A stretch of DNA of 64,000 nt from Octopus sinensis (GCF_006345805.1 NC_043001.1:98022001-98086000), one strand, 5' to 3'; positions 38,290 to 51,586 are shown, counted from the stretch's first letter. Notes: generated by a model from the sequence alone, not told the origin. Numbers and translations are program-made.

Positions 38290-38930
38290 ATTGTTAACAT
38301 ACCGTCCAAAACACTTAGCAGTGTTTCGTCTGTCATTACGTTCTGAGTTCGAATTCCGCCGAGGTAGACTTTGGCTTTCCTACGATCTAGGTCGATAAGG
38401 CAACTAACAGTTGAGCGTTGGAATTGATGTAATCGACTTACCTCTCCTTAGAACTTCCTGGCCTTGTGTCAAAATTTGAAACCATTTTTAATTTTTCGTC
38501 TAACTTATAACAATTCACAGACTCTTAAACATGGCCATTATTCAAAATTACTTGTTAGGGACGCTATGTAATTGCATATCATAATGCCTGATCTTCACGG
38601 CCATCAAACTAATGCTTCCTTATGGTTTCCACTTTATGTCAATCATATTATTTTCTACTCTAGGCACAAAGCCCGAAATTTTGGGGGAAGGGACCAGTCG
38701 ATTAGATAAACCCCGGTATGAAACTAGTACTTAATTTATCAACTCCGAAAGGATGAAAGGCGTGGTCGATCTCAGCGGGATTTGAACTTGCTAAGTATTT
38801 CGCCCGGCGTGCTAACGTTACTTATTTTTTTATTGTCCACAAGGGTCTAAACACAGAGGAGACAAACAAGGACATACAAAGGGAGTAAATCGATTACATC
38901 CACCCCAGTGCGTAACTGGTACTTAATTTA
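38290..38930. mobile_element. Diverged family-B-type SINEs (+ ~38290-38490, - ~38655-38930)
   Basis: TTCTGAGTTCGAATTCCGCCGAGGT and TCCGAAAGGATGAAAGGC motifs. Confidence 0.7.
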
Positions 38931-39210
38931 TGGAGAGGAAGAAAATTCTAACTGGGTTCCACCTACATGATCATGCACTGTTTATCATGATATGAGGTCA
39001 CTATATGGTTGTGATGCATGTGCCCTTTATTTCCTTAACACACGGATAGTTATAATAGGCTTATTCGTCTCCGTATATTTGTACCCCAGCGTAACCTCGA
39101 TGAGATAATTATGAAGTGATGATATGTAATCTTGACACATTATTACAATAATTATAATTTTGTAATTATCACTATTCAATTCATATCACCACTTATACAT
39201 TTAATATATA

Positions 39211-39606
39211 CTAGCAGTATAGCCCAGCGTTGCTCGGATTTGTTTTCTTTTCGACCCTTTAGAATTGGAACTTTTGAAAAGTAAAAGTTTTGCATTATGT
39301 AGCTTCTTATTCTCTTTAAGTGAACATTTTCTGTTTGAAATACACCGAAAAATGGCGATATAGCAGTCAAAAAATTGTAAAAAATAGGGATTTTCATAGA
39401 AAAAAAGCACCTTTTTGATGTAAATAATTTTTGGTCTTAACATGGTCCAATTTGAACTTCTTGTACGGAATGAAGAGCTAGCCTTCTTCTATCATACTCT
39501 CAATTTTGGTCAACTTGCGCCGCAGGATCTCGGAAGAGATAGTGTTAGTTGAAGACTGCCAAACCTGCCACACACACAGACAACTTCAGCTTTATATATA
39601 GAGAGA
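39211..39606 (-). mobile_element. Non-autonomous Helitron (~396 bp)
   Basis: Minus strand starts TCTCTCTATATATAAAGCTGAAG and ends hairpin CCGAGCAACGCTGGG + ...CTAG; sits between A and T. Confidence 0.85.
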
Positions 39607-39997
39607 TTACATTGTCCCTAATCTGTAAATTTTCGAGGATGTTCAAACATATAGCATCTACTATAAAAGCTATAAAACACATTTTATTCCGGCAAGTATC
39701 AGGTCTTGCGGAGTCAAGCTGACATGAATCACAAATGTGGTTGCGTTTAAATTGAGATTAAGAGAGACTTTGCTAGAGATAATTATCATAATCGGGTGTC
39801 CTTTAGTTCTTTCTTACGTGTTACCAAACAGCAAAACTACGATCGTGTTAAGCCAGAATTAATGAGGTTATTTACCTTCTGGCGTTTATGGATGCCCGAA
39901 AATATTAGCTCCGAAGCAGAAAAATCATGATTCTCCTCTTTGAATTTTCAATAGAAATAATGGAATGCAGCACGATATTTATAAGTGTGACCAGCTG

Positions 39998-40067
39998 GTA
40001 GTAGTAGTAGTAGTAGTAGTAGTGTAGTAGTAGTAGTAGTAGTAGTAGTAGTTGCAGCAGAAGCGGC

Positions 40068-40110
<43 letters not shown>
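39998..40110. repeat. (GTA)n microsatellite
   Basis: Direct reading. Confidence 0.97.
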
Positions 40111-40111
<1 letters not shown>

Positions 40112-40492
40112 AATAAAAATGCTAGTGCACAGACATAACAAAATATTCCGAAATCACGTTTCTCGAGAAACTGGCAATATGACAACAACAGGAGGTTGAC
40201 AGAGGACATACAAAAATTTGAAAATATTTAATCTGAAACAGAATTTGCAGAAGAATATATTAGAAGATTTGGAAGGATATTAGATACAAAACTTATGAGA
40301 AATTTCGTGTAGGGCATAAATGTTTCTTCACTGGACGAAAATTCATGAATCATACGAAACTAAGAAATACCAAATATCTGTTATCAATGCGCAGGTTTTT
40401 ACTAACAAAATTTGCAGATTTCCTCTAGGAAGAATAATGTTAAGTAGCCAGTTACTGAGTGTAATATATAGCATATACATAGAGAATGTTTA

Positions 40493-40793
40493 AGGAGCAC
40501 TCCGTCGACGACGAGGGTCCCAGCTGATACGATCAACGGAACAGCTTGGTCGTGAAATTAACGTTTAAGTGGCTGAGCAATCCGCAGACACGTGTGCCCC
40601 TAACGTAGTTCTCGGGGAAATTCAGCAAAACAGAGAGTATTACAAGGCTGGCCCTTTGAAATACAGGTACAACTCATTTTTGCCAGCTGAGTGAACTGGA
40701 GCAACACGAAATAATGTGTCTTGCATCGCCGGGATTTGAACTCACAACCTTACAATCGTGAGTCGAATGCCCTAGCCACTAAGCCACTCATCT
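40493..40793 (-). mobile_element. SINE family D
   Basis: Homologous to 9561-9883. Confidence 0.85.
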
Positions 40794-40852
40794 TCAGTTA
40801 GAGAATATACAGCGAAAGTATTATATATAGTTCATATGTATGCCAAAAATGT

Positions 40853-41175
40853 GGAGGCCTAGTGGTTAGGGCAGTGGTCACGCGGTCGTAGGATCGCTGT
40901 TTCCATTTCCAGACCGGGCGTTTTGAGTGTTTATTGAGGGAAAACACCTAATGCTCCACGAGGCTCCAGGAGGGGGTGATGGTGATCCCTGCTGTATTCT
41001 TTCGCCACAGCTTTCTCTCACTCTTTCTTCCTGTTTCTGTTATACCTGTATTTCAAAGGACCAGCCTTGTCACACTCTATACACGCTGAAGCTCCCCGAA
41101 TACTACGTTAAGGGTACACCAGTCTGTGGAGTGCTCTGTCACTTGCACGTTAATTTCACGAGCAGGCTGTTCCGT
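40853..41175 (+). mobile_element. SINE, family E head with family-D tail
   Basis: Head as at 56031; 3' part TTTCAAAGGACCAGCCTTGTCACAC...GCACGTTAATTTCACGAGCAGGCTGTTCCG matches the family-D tail. Confidence 0.8.
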
Positions 41176-41207
41176 ATCATATCCAGAGAACTGCATGCAG
41201 TGCATGT

Positions 41208-42039
41208 AGTTCTGTACGTTTTCTTGTTTCATAAGGTTCGCATAGAGGGAACGCGTTATTCATTACCCTAATTACGTCTGCTATCAGTATGCTGATATTC
41301 GTATTGTGTGACACAGCTGAGTTCTTATGAACGGCGTATTTATAATCTATGGGTTTCATGTTATAGGAGTGGATGAGCTGAACTCTGCTGTTTACAGTCT
41401 CTAACCATAGTTCAGTATCAATGTTAAGGTACCTAGTGAAGTAATCTACAGTTACTATGATACTTTGGTATTTTGAGTTAGCTACGTGTTGGATGCTCTC
41501 TGTTTTACTCCTCTCGGTTTCTACAAACTATCAAGGTAACTATAGATTATCTATGTCTTTATTACCCACAAGGGCTAAACACAGAGGGGTCAAACAAGGA
41601 CAGACAAACGGATTAAGTCGATTACATCTACCCCAGTGCGTCACTGGTACTTATTTAATCGACCCCGAAAGGATGAAAGGCAAAGTCGACCTTGGCGGAA
41701 TTTGAACTCAGAACGTAACGGCAGACGAAATACGGCTACGCATTTCGCCCGGCGTGCTAACGTTTCTGCCAGCTCACCGCCACTATAGATTACCACACTA
41801 GGCACCCCAACGATAGACTCTGCGACATTAATGCTGAAATTTGATTGGAGACTGTAAAGCACAGAGTGCAGCTCCTCGACTCCTATAACCTGAAACCCAT
41901 AGCTTCTAAATATGTTGTTCATAAGAACTCAGCTTTGTCACACAATACGAAAATCAGCAAACTGATAGCAGACTTAAGATAATGAATAGCGTGTTCACCC
42001 TATGCGAACTCTATGAAACAAGGAAGCATGTACAGAACT
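41208..42039. mobile_element. Diverged fold-back element (~250-bp inverted arms) interrupted by a SINE
   Basis: 41208-41455 matches the reverse complement of 41536-41549 + 41793-42039, roughly 80% by eye. Confidence 0.7.
41550..41781 (-). mobile_element. Family-B SINE with 11-bp TSD ACTATAGATTA
   Basis: TSD at 41539-41549 and 41782-41792. Confidence 0.92.
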
Positions 42040-42059
42040 TCAATTCCAATGTATGTTTT

Positions 42060-43000
42060 TCTTTCTACTTTTGGCCCAAAGCCAGTGATTTTGATGGAAG
42101 AGTAAGTCAATTGGATCGATGTCAGTGCTTAACTGGTACTTATTTTATCGACCTCTAGAGAATGAAAGGTGTAGTCGTACTCTATGGCATTTGACTTCAG
42201 AACGTAAAGAGCCAGACGAATTACCACTTAACAATTTTTAAAGCACAGTGGTGATTCTGTTACATCGACGCCTTAATTTTAATATATTTTGATATGAAAT
42301 ATTTTTCTACTATAGGCACAAGGCCCGAAACTTTGGAGGAGGGGGACAGTCGATAAGATCAACCCCAGTACGCAACTGGTACCCCGAAAGGATGAAAGGT
42401 AAAGTCGACCTCGGCGGAATTTGAACTCAGAAGGTAAAAACAGACCAAATACAGCAAAGCATTTCGCCCGGCGTGCTTAACGTCCCTGCTAGCTCGCTGT
42501 CTTTGATATGAAACAATCTGAGACAAAAATGGAGAAAATTGGTGGAACCCTTACGATATATCAATGGCTAGGTGAAAAGAAACGATCACGCTAATAAGAA
42601 CTGCAACCCTACCGTCTAAATTTTTGAATCAGATATATAGTCAACTATACAGATATATAATTGACTTAAACTTTTTTGGTTATAAGTTATATTTGTAATG
42701 GATTATCTGGGAGGAGTTGGAACGTAAAAGAATATTAGACACTATAAGTACAAAGAGAATGCGAAGGCGATGAGAGGACAAAACCGTTAGCTACTCTGAA
42801 TAAATTGTTAAGGATGGCAGAATCGTTAGCACGCTGGGCAAAGTGCTTAGAGGCATTTCGTCTGTCAAATTCTGTCGAGGCCGACTTACCTTACATCCTT
42901 TTGGGGTCGATAAAATAAGTACTAGTTCAGCACTGGGGTCGATGTAATTGATTTGCCCCTCCCTCAAACTTGCTGGCCTAGTGACAAAATTTGAAACCAG
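42060..43000. mobile_element. Three diverged family-B-type SINEs (- ~42060-42280, - ~42305-42505, + ~42815-43000)
   Basis: Recurrent GAAAGGATGAAAGG..AAGTCGACCTCGGCGG and GGGGTCGATAAAATAAGTAC motifs. Confidence 0.7.
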
Positions 43001-43700
43001 TATAAATCTTTATATATTGAAAAATAAGAGTGATACCAACTATCGCATTGACGGTAAGCAAAACACGTAATTATATCTAAGCAAACTAACAAAAGGAATA
43101 TAGAACACTGGAAGAAAACCTTTTAAAAGTTTAGTTCCTCAGATAAATGTATGTATATATGTATATATGTATGTATGTCTGTGTGTGTTCTTGTGTGTGT
43201 TTGTGTAAGTGTGAGTGTTTGTACGTGTGTGTGTAGATATATCCTAAGTGAATAAGAGGAGTAGAATTGAAAATATGAAGCAAAATAAAAACTATTTCAT
43301 GATTTTGGGAACTTAATCAATTAGAAAGGCAAACACTTTTAGAGCCAAACAAACAGACTCCGTCAAGATAGTTACTGTCGGATAATTGGCAGCAGAGAAA
43401 CTGAAAATTGTTCAATGAATGAAGAGACGATGGTACAAAATTATAATGCACAAAGTGGGTGATAAAATAATAGATATTCCTCTTCGTTAGCTTACCGCTG
43501 TTTCTGCTATAAGAAATATTGCATTCAGAAGTAAGTGCTTGAGCAATAACAATTGTCTTCCTCGGAGTCCTTATAATGAAGCGTGTATAAATCTCTGGAA
43601 GCGAAGCGAAGCATCATATAATATAACTCTTTAACTAATTTCTGCTCAGGAGCTGATACTATTCTGGGGCGCTGTTGTTCGCCTTACTATTACACCTTTG

Positions 43701-44010
43701 TTACATGAAACATCCTCTGGTATCTGGCATTTGCTGACTGAGTGGGTTCGTATTTGCTACCCTTATCGGCATTTCCTGCCGTGAGGTAAGCTCATCCGGA
43801 ATCTTTGACAGAAGATCCAGTTTTGTTTCGAAGATAATTACATCCACACCATGCAGATCATTCAGGGATTTTGGAAGGATATTGAACTGCTCTAGGCCCT
43901 TGAAGCCCAAGCTGATGCAGCATTTTGTCCTGTATCTTGATGGCGATGTTATGGTATTTGGCATTACGTGTTAACACTCGTTCTGCTGTTTGTTTAAAAT
44001 TTCAATGCCA
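43701..44010 (-). mobile_element. CR1-type LINE 3' end remnant
   Basis: SLGFKGLEQFNILPKSLNDLHGVDVIIFETKLDLLSKIPDE resembles the CR1 ORF2 C-terminus (GPQLFN.LP..LR....FK..LD.FL..VPDEP). Confidence 0.7.
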
Positions 44011-44078
44011 GAGTTTGATACAAATCCTTCTAGGATATTCCAGATGTATATGTACACATATGTTTGTATATGTACACA

Positions 44079-44198
44079 TTCATACATACATACATACATA
44101 CATACATACATACATACATACATACATACATACATAAATACATACATACATACATACGTACGTACATACATACATACATACATACATACATACATACA

Positions 44199-44229
<31 letters not shown>

Positions 44230-44568
44230 GAGTCTGAGACTCCCTTCGGCCACGGCACTGACCATGGGATTGTACCTAGAAAGTTATCCTTCCAGGCACA
44301 AGTCCGGGCAAGGTTGTTTATGGAAGACCAACAGTCACCCATGCATACCGGCCTCGCCACTTCATGCCACCAGTCTTATCCAAGGGAATGGCAAGGGCCG
44401 ATACTGTTTGGCACCTGTGACGTCGCAACTCATTTCTACAGCTGAGTGAACTAGAGCAACGTGAAATAAAGTTTCTTGCTCAAGAACACAACACGCAGCC
44501 CTGTCCGGGATTCGCGCTCACAACCTCACGATCGTAAGCTCGACGCTCTAACCACTGAGTCATGCGCC

Positions 44569-44600
<32 letters not shown>

Positions 44601-44707
44601 ATACATACATACATACATGCATACATACATACATACATACATACATACATACATACATACATACATACATACATAATACATACATACATACATACATACA
44701 TACATAC
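44079..44707. repeat. (TACA)n tracts (44079-44227, 44572-44707) flanking a SINE
   Basis: Direct reading. Confidence 0.95.
44237..44571 (-). mobile_element. tRNA-derived SINE, family C, inserted in (TACA)n
   Basis: Minus-strand head AAGGCGCATGACTCAGTGGTTAGAGCGTCGAGCTTACGATCGTGAGGTTGTGAG. Confidence 0.88.
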
Positions 44708-45847
44708 ACGGGGAGCAAGATGAGTTCTGAAATTACGTAGACAAATAAAGAGTAATATTGATAAGTAGAATCAGTTATTGAAAAAAACTACTGCAAGTTC
44801 TTGTAAGATTTCTTTCTCTTAATTATCTAAATTATCCAATATCATAAAATTGGACACACAAATGTAAAGCTTCTCGGACACTTCAATAAAATGTCAATAT
44901 CCGTTGTTATTGAAACGTTGGTAGAAACATTATATGTATGTCGTATATTTTCATGTACTTTTCATGGATTCTCATTGTTTACAAGGCAGAGCTAACGTCT
45001 CTTGGAAACATAGAATGTAACAGAAAATTGCACGGTAATGATCTCGATGTAACTCTAAGAAAAAGAACCAGAAGGTTTTTAATCAATGGCGAAAGCAGCT
45101 TTAAAGTGTTCAAAGAGAATCTCTTTAAAAAAGAAGGGAAATGAAGTCTGGAAGGCAATTTTACCCTACGGTCAAATGGTATTCTAGATTAGACTGGTTA
45201 CACCACTCAAGGTAACTTGTATTTGGGACATTTTAAGACCTCAGGATGTTTGCAATGCAGATAGTAGTACAGAATGTAGTAGCAAAAGGCGTAATCAGGA
45301 ATCGAGACCTGAATGCAGCCCAGCTCTCTTAGAGGTCAACGATTTAAGTATGTGAACTTGGGTGCTTCTTTTCTGAAAACCTTCTGTTCAATTCTCCATG
45401 CAGTTTCTTACTTCTGCTACGTTCCTGCTGCTTCACCGTTTCCAGGCGTGTGAAATTATTTAGAAGGAAGCAAAAATTAGTACACCAGTTTATAATTATA
45501 ATGAAAATATGCGCGAGAAGAAAAGCATGGAAAGATCAACCCAAGAATCATGTTTCTGTTACATAGAATGAGCTATTCATATTAGTGCCAAACAAGACGT
45601 AAAAGTTATTGAGATACACTCATGAATGTATCAGTGAGAAACCAGTGACAGATAACTGGCAAGTTGTAACTTAAATACATGAAGGATTTGTTTAACCCTT
45701 CTGTTAACGCATATCTGTTGAGATACTCTGGATTTCTTCCAATTAATTTTAAATATAAAAAATGAATTTAGTAAAATAATTTAGTTTTCATTAAATTAAT
45801 GTTAGGAACAAAAATTGTGACTAAGGTTTGGTGGAAGATTTTAATTC

Positions 45848-46407
45848 AGGGTGGGTGTTACTGTAGCTTGTAGCCCCAGAAGAACATCGTCTCCAGCTGG
45901 CTTTAGGCACACTTTCTGTGCCCTTATGGTATTTGCAAAGGGAGGTCACCCTTCCCTCACCCACCCTTAGTGGTTAGCCATATTGAGATGGCAAGTATAC
46001 CTCACATTGTCGTGCAGTTACTGTTTATACCTCGTTCAGAGATTTATTATTGCTTGCAGACAGTTTTTCGAAATCAGTGACGAAAGGTTACTGCAAAAAC
46101 AATATCAGAATTTGCATTGGGACCTCCCTTCATTGAAAACTGGTGATTGTCGTACGCTGATGACAGGTCAAAACCTAGAAACTGCAGTCCGTGCGTATCA
46201 CTCAGGTTGACGAGGGAAGGGTGACCTCCCTTTGCAAATACCATAACGGCACAGAAAGTGTGCCTAAAGTCAGCTGGAGACGATGTTCTCCTGGGGCTAC
46301 AAGCTATAGTAACACCCACCCTTCGTGGCTAGCCATATTGAGATGGCAAGTATATCTCACATTGTCGTGGAGTTACTGTTTATATCTCGTTCAGAGATTT
46401 ATTATTG
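45848..46407 (+). mobile_element. Hammerhead-containing PLE-type/retrozyme-like repeat: 355-nt period partial tandem plus 111-bp inverted segment
   Basis: Direct repeat 45959-46051 / ~46314-46407; inverted 45848-45958 / 46212-46322; ends in (TA)n. Confidence 0.75.
46151..46195 (+). ncRNA. Type-I hammerhead ribozyme motif
   Basis: CGTACG-CTGATGA-CAGGT-CAAA-ACCTA-GAAA-CTGCAG-T-C-CGTGCG; GUC triplet; palindromic helix III; base of helix II mismatched in this copy. Confidence 0.72.
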
Positions 46408-46427
46408 CTATATATATCTTCTGGCTC

Positions 46428-46610
<183 letters not shown>

Positions 46611-47147
46611 ACCTAATCCACGATCAGGTGTTTGAAATGAAGATATGAAATGATATCATAAATTATCTGGAGCCTTAGGTGTTGCTTGGTAAATACATGA
46701 ACGTTGAGTTTGACACTTTTGGTTCTTGTGCATCGTGAATTCCATAAGCTACTTATATATATTATAAATATTGATGTTTTGAATCTTGTATGTGAATATA
46801 CATAGATGCAAGAAGGATGTAGGGGAATGGAAGAACGCGCAGTTTCATCTATATATGGGCTTTCTGATAAAATTACCGCGGAGAATAAGGATAGAAAGGG
46901 AAAATATGGAAACAGCAGCTATTCCTTGAATTGTGTCTATCAGTTAGAGGGTATAATTATAGATTGAGCTAATTAAGATAGTTTATTTGGGAAGATAGCA
47001 GATTGCAATCAATATCTATGAGCAAACTAATTACAAAACGACTCACCTGACATTGAACAGGAAACAGCAATTAATCCAGTTTAATATATCCGACAATCCT
47101 GGCACACTGCAAATATATCGAAAATTTATAACCCCTTGCACAGCACT

Positions 47148-47214
47148 ATCTATCTATATATAGATAGATAGATAGATATATAGGTAGATAGATAGATGGA
47201 TAGATAGATAGATG

Positions 47215-47280
<66 letters not shown>
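47148..47280. repeat. (GATA)n microsatellite
   Basis: Direct reading. Confidence 0.97.
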
Positions 47281-47531
47281 CAAGTATATATATGTAGCAT
47301 ACATACATAGCCATATATGAGAATATATATGCCTATATATATATAAACAAATTGGTGTATATGCATGTATATATATATATATACGTGTGAATGAGTGTAA
47401 CGAAATTTTCATTATATATAGCCTTTAGGTCAGTAGTTCTCCAGATAATATCTTACATCACAACAAGAAACTTAATTTGCATCGATCCTACGTAAGTAAT
47501 TTACTTACAATCCTTCCCACCTAGTGTATTT

Positions 47532-47890
47532 TATTGGGTTGTCAGGAAAGTTCATGCCGGTTTATAGTAGCTTAACTTTCGGCTTATTTTAGAACATGGT
47601 TGTTTCCATAAAATAGGATTTGACAACACCTCCATTTTAGAGCACAGTTTAAGCTATCTTTTCGTGGAAGAAGGTTTATGTTCCTATAACCTGTGTTAAT
47701 TCTGTAACCCTATAAAATGAAAGATAAGAAAGTTCTTTTTCGGCACTTGATGCTTTGGGAACCAGACAAAAATTGCTGCAGCTCGGCTGGGATGTGTTAC
47801 CCCACCCTCACCATCCATATTCACCAGATATTGCCCCTTCGGATTTCCCCTTATTCAGGTCTCTGCAGAATAGTCTTAATGGTAAAAATC
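47532..47890 (+). mobile_element. Second copy of the deleted mariner, 3'-truncated
   Basis: TIR TATTGGGTTGTCAGGAAAGTT; same ATGCTTTGGGA|ACCAGACAAAAATTGC junction as 18378-18917. Confidence 0.88.
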
Positions 47891-48119
47891 TCTCAGGAAC
47901 AAAGCATATCTTGGGAGCAACATCTTCATAGATCACTTAATCCACAATTGAATTTCCCGGATATTGCTTGTGACGGTCTGAGAATATCTGTATCCTGAAA
48001 TAACGAGATAAATGCATATGCGCAAGCAGGGATATGTGCAGAAATGCGTGAGCATACAGATATGAATTTATGTATACTTATATACATATATTTATATATG
48101 TGTGTACATATATATATAT

Positions 48120-48163
<44 letters not shown>

Positions 48164-48166
48164 TAT

Positions 48167-48375
48167 AAAGTTAATCCAAACAAGAAAGCACAAAAAAAAC
48201 AACAACGCGAGGAGGTGGAACAAATATAGTATTATTGGATGCTCAGGAATGAAGGAAAGAGGGAGGGTTTAGCGTTTCGAGCGGACCTCTTCGTCGGAAA
48301 CATAGGAGAAGGAAAGATCCAGAGAACGGAAGAGAGAGGAAAAAAATCGACATCGGTACACACAGTGCACATTTA
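48167..48375 (-). mobile_element. ~215-bp PLE-like remnant with decayed hammerhead-like motif (48267-48301)
   Basis: Homologous to 5913-6125. Confidence 0.65.
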
Positions 48376-48519
48376 AAAGCTTAAATGGTATCCTTGGGAC
48401 CAACATCTTTATAGGGTAAGAAAACTAACATCTGAGGTCTGTTGGAGGCCACTATGTTTCAATGATTTGAGTGGGATAACAGAATACACACGCGCACACA
48501 CAGACACACACATATATAT

Positions 48520-48566
<47 letters not shown>

Positions 48567-48613
<47 letters not shown>

Positions 48614-48704
48614 TTAGATGGAAGGATAGATAGATGGAAGGATAGATAGATAGATAGGTAGATAGATAGGTGGATGGATAGTTAGATGGATAGATAGATA
48701 GGTG

Positions 48705-48799
<95 letters not shown>

Positions 48800-48876
48800 G
48801 GATGGATGGATAGATAGATAGTTGGATAGATAGCTAGATAGATGGATAGATAGATAGATAGATAGATAGATGGATG

Positions 48877-48967
<91 letters not shown>

Positions 48968-48975
48968 GGATAGAT
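48567..48975. repeat. Long (GATA)n microsatellite at the LINE 3' end
   Basis: Direct reading. Confidence 0.98.
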
Positions 48976-50889
48976 AAGTTTCTTTATTGGCTACACAGGG
49001 CTGCACACAGATGGGACAAGTTACAAGGTAGAGCTTTTATTTTGGGGGAGAAAAAAAAAGGTGGCGTAGTTTTCGATCAAAAGGGATCGTAAAAGGGAAA
49101 AAAGAACGAAAGAAAAAGAAAAAGAGTAAAAAGGAAAAGAAAAAAAAGAAAACAAGGAAAAAAAAGGAAAAGAAGAAAAAAAGAAAATTAAAAAGAAAAG
49201 AAAAATGAAAAAAGAAGAGAAAAGAGGAAAAAAGGGGGAGAGGAAAAAAAACGATCAATAGGGATCGTGTATCACAGTGTCATGATGTATGGTGTAAAGG
49301 GGAAAGCAAGTAAGGTTTATCCGTGGGAAGAAAAGCCTACGAAAAGTACCACGGTAACCTTGGTCAATATTGTTATATGTTACCACATTTGTTTGCAAGT
49401 GGGTAACCCTCTGTTTTCAATTTCTTGGTTCATAGGATTATGCTCAAGGTGGCTTCGTCATTCATACGTGCCATCCTTGCTACATTCACCCATCTTTTTT
49501 TAAAACGTTCGCTAGACAAAACTTGCCTCTCTACTCTCACTTTCCTTTTCAAGTGGTACTTGAAGAAGTTGATGAGAGGTTGACCAGAGAGGAATGTGTT
49601 TGTCTCCAATCCTTTCAGACGGGTCCACCAGATACATTCTTTCGCCATAGCCACAAGGATGATGAAAATAGCTTTTCCTTCCCCTTTGAAGGAAGGAGGC
49701 GTGACAATATTGACGATAGACTCAGCTGATAAACCGACTCGTCCCACACGTGACAGTAGTTGTTCGACATAAGCCCACAGGTCGGAAATTGTTGGACACT
49801 GCACGAGTGCGTGCAGAACGGTTTCATCGCTCTGACCGCATCTCGGGCAGGTCGGCCCCGTGTTTCTCGAGCCGTGTCTGTAGAGCTTATCCCGAACGGG
49901 TAGCGCTTCTCGGTAGCACTGCCAGGCCAGGGATCTCTGGAAGTTTTCCATGGGCCCTGGCCCGGAAGTCGTCCCGAACAGGCGGGTCAAGTATTCCCCG
50001 TCGACGTCCAGGTTCGCCCCGAGCTCGTCGTCGTACCTCCCCTCCACTAATCCCCTGTAGAATGCTTTGGTTGTGATGGAGTCACTCAAGGTTGACCCAG
50101 AACGGCAGAGTTGCTTGAGAGCAACGCGACACTCGCGATGCCATTCGCCCTTCCTCGGCATCTTTTTGATCCACGATTGCAATTCGGTCATGGAGACGAG
50201 CTGCGGGAAAGCGTGCCTCACAAACGGCGACCACACATGTTCACCGTCGTCTGCGAAGAGCCTGAGATGTCGCAGTCTCAGGGCGTGTCTGCGCATCATC
50301 AATCACGGCATGCCCAGTCCTCCTTTTAACAAGGCACGACGGTCAGGCGGTAGTAGATGACGGACGCGATGTACGTGTTCGCCACCTCCACCCGACCTTT
50401 TAGGGACAGTTTCCTCTCGGCCCATTGCCGGGCGAGAGTGACCACCCTACTCGTTATCTCGTTCCAGTTCTTCTCCATTTGGAGGTCCGGACCGAACCAG
50501 ACCCCGAGCAACTCGACCGGACAGTCGGTCCAGCGTCCCACAACAGTGGCGCTGGTGGACGGCATGGGCTTGCTTCTCCGGGTGCCTAGTCGCAATCCCA
50601 CTGACTTTTCCCGGTTGATTTTTGCTCCTGTCACCGCTTCGTAGTTTTTCAGTGTCTCGCCGACAAGCTCGATGTACTCGTGGCTAGACACTATGACGGT
50701 GACGTCGTCCGCGTATGCAGACACACTCGTCCCGCATCCCAGTTCTCGCGGGATGCCCCTCAGAGTTGCCAGTTCCGCAATAGTGGCTCGAGAGTCAATA
50801 CGTATAGAAGCGACGAGAGAGGGCATCCCTGATGAACCGAACGTGCGATGTCGAAAGGTCTCGATAGATGTCCATTTACGGGAACTACC

Positions 50890-50890
<1 letters not shown>
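48976..50890 (-). mobile_element. 5'-truncated Tx1/L1-clade LINE (RT C-terminal half plus CCHC domain), frameshifted
   Basis: SVHQGCPLSSLLYVLTLEPLLR; SAYADDVTVIV; GAKINREKS; RKLSLKGRVEVANTYIAS; GGLGMP; CPRCGQSDETVLHALVQC; T-rich 3'UTR; AATAAA just before (TCTA)n. Confidence 0.9.
49430..50302 (-). pseudogene. LINE ORF2 C-terminal fragment with CCHC zinc knuckle (zf-RVT-like)
   Basis: 290-aa ORF: LAWQCYREALPVRDKLYRHG..TCPRC..ETVLHALVQCP..LW. Confidence 0.88.
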
Positions 50891-50964
<74 letters not shown>

Positions 50965-50978
50965 GGATAGATAGATAG
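50890..50978. repeat. (GATA)n microsatellite at the LINE 5' truncation point
   Basis: Direct reading. Confidence 0.98.
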
Positions 50979-50989
50979 ACAATGAGATA

Positions 50990-51420
50990 TTATAGCAATA
51001 AATAAATATATTATGATATATCAAATACATTATAACAATTTAAAGTATAATAGCCATCTCAATATGGCTAACCACAAAGGGTGGGTGTTACTGTAGCTTT
51101 TAGCCCCAGGAGATCATCGTCCCCAGCTGGCTTTAGGCACACTATCTGTGCCCTTATGGTATTTGCAAAGGGAGGCCATCCCTCTCTCGTAAGCCTAAGT
51201 GATACGCACAGATCGCAGTTTCGAGGTTGTTGCCTCTTGTCAACGGGCGGTAATCACCGGTTTACGATGAAAGGGAAAGCCTGTATGCAAATACTTTAGT
51301 GTTTTTCTAGTAACTTCCGTCACTGATTTCGAAAAACTGTCTGCAAGCAATAATAATTCTCTGAACGAGATTAATATAACAATTAAAAACCAAAAAACGT
51401 AAAATACATACATATGGGTG
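50990..51420 (-). mobile_element. Second copy of the 355-nt hammerhead repeat family
   Basis: Reverse complement matches ~46030-46400; hammerhead reads CGCCCG-TTGACAA-GAGG-CAACAA-CCTC-GAAA-CTGCGA-T-C-TGTGCG (core decayed, helix II intact). Confidence 0.75.
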
Positions 51421-51435
51421 CAAAATAACAGCTGC

Positions 51436-51490
<55 letters not shown>

Positions 51491-51549
51491 ATGGGTGTGT
51501 ATGTGTATGTATAAGTATGTATATATGCATAAATATATGTGTGTATGTA

Positions 51550-51586
<37 letters not shown>

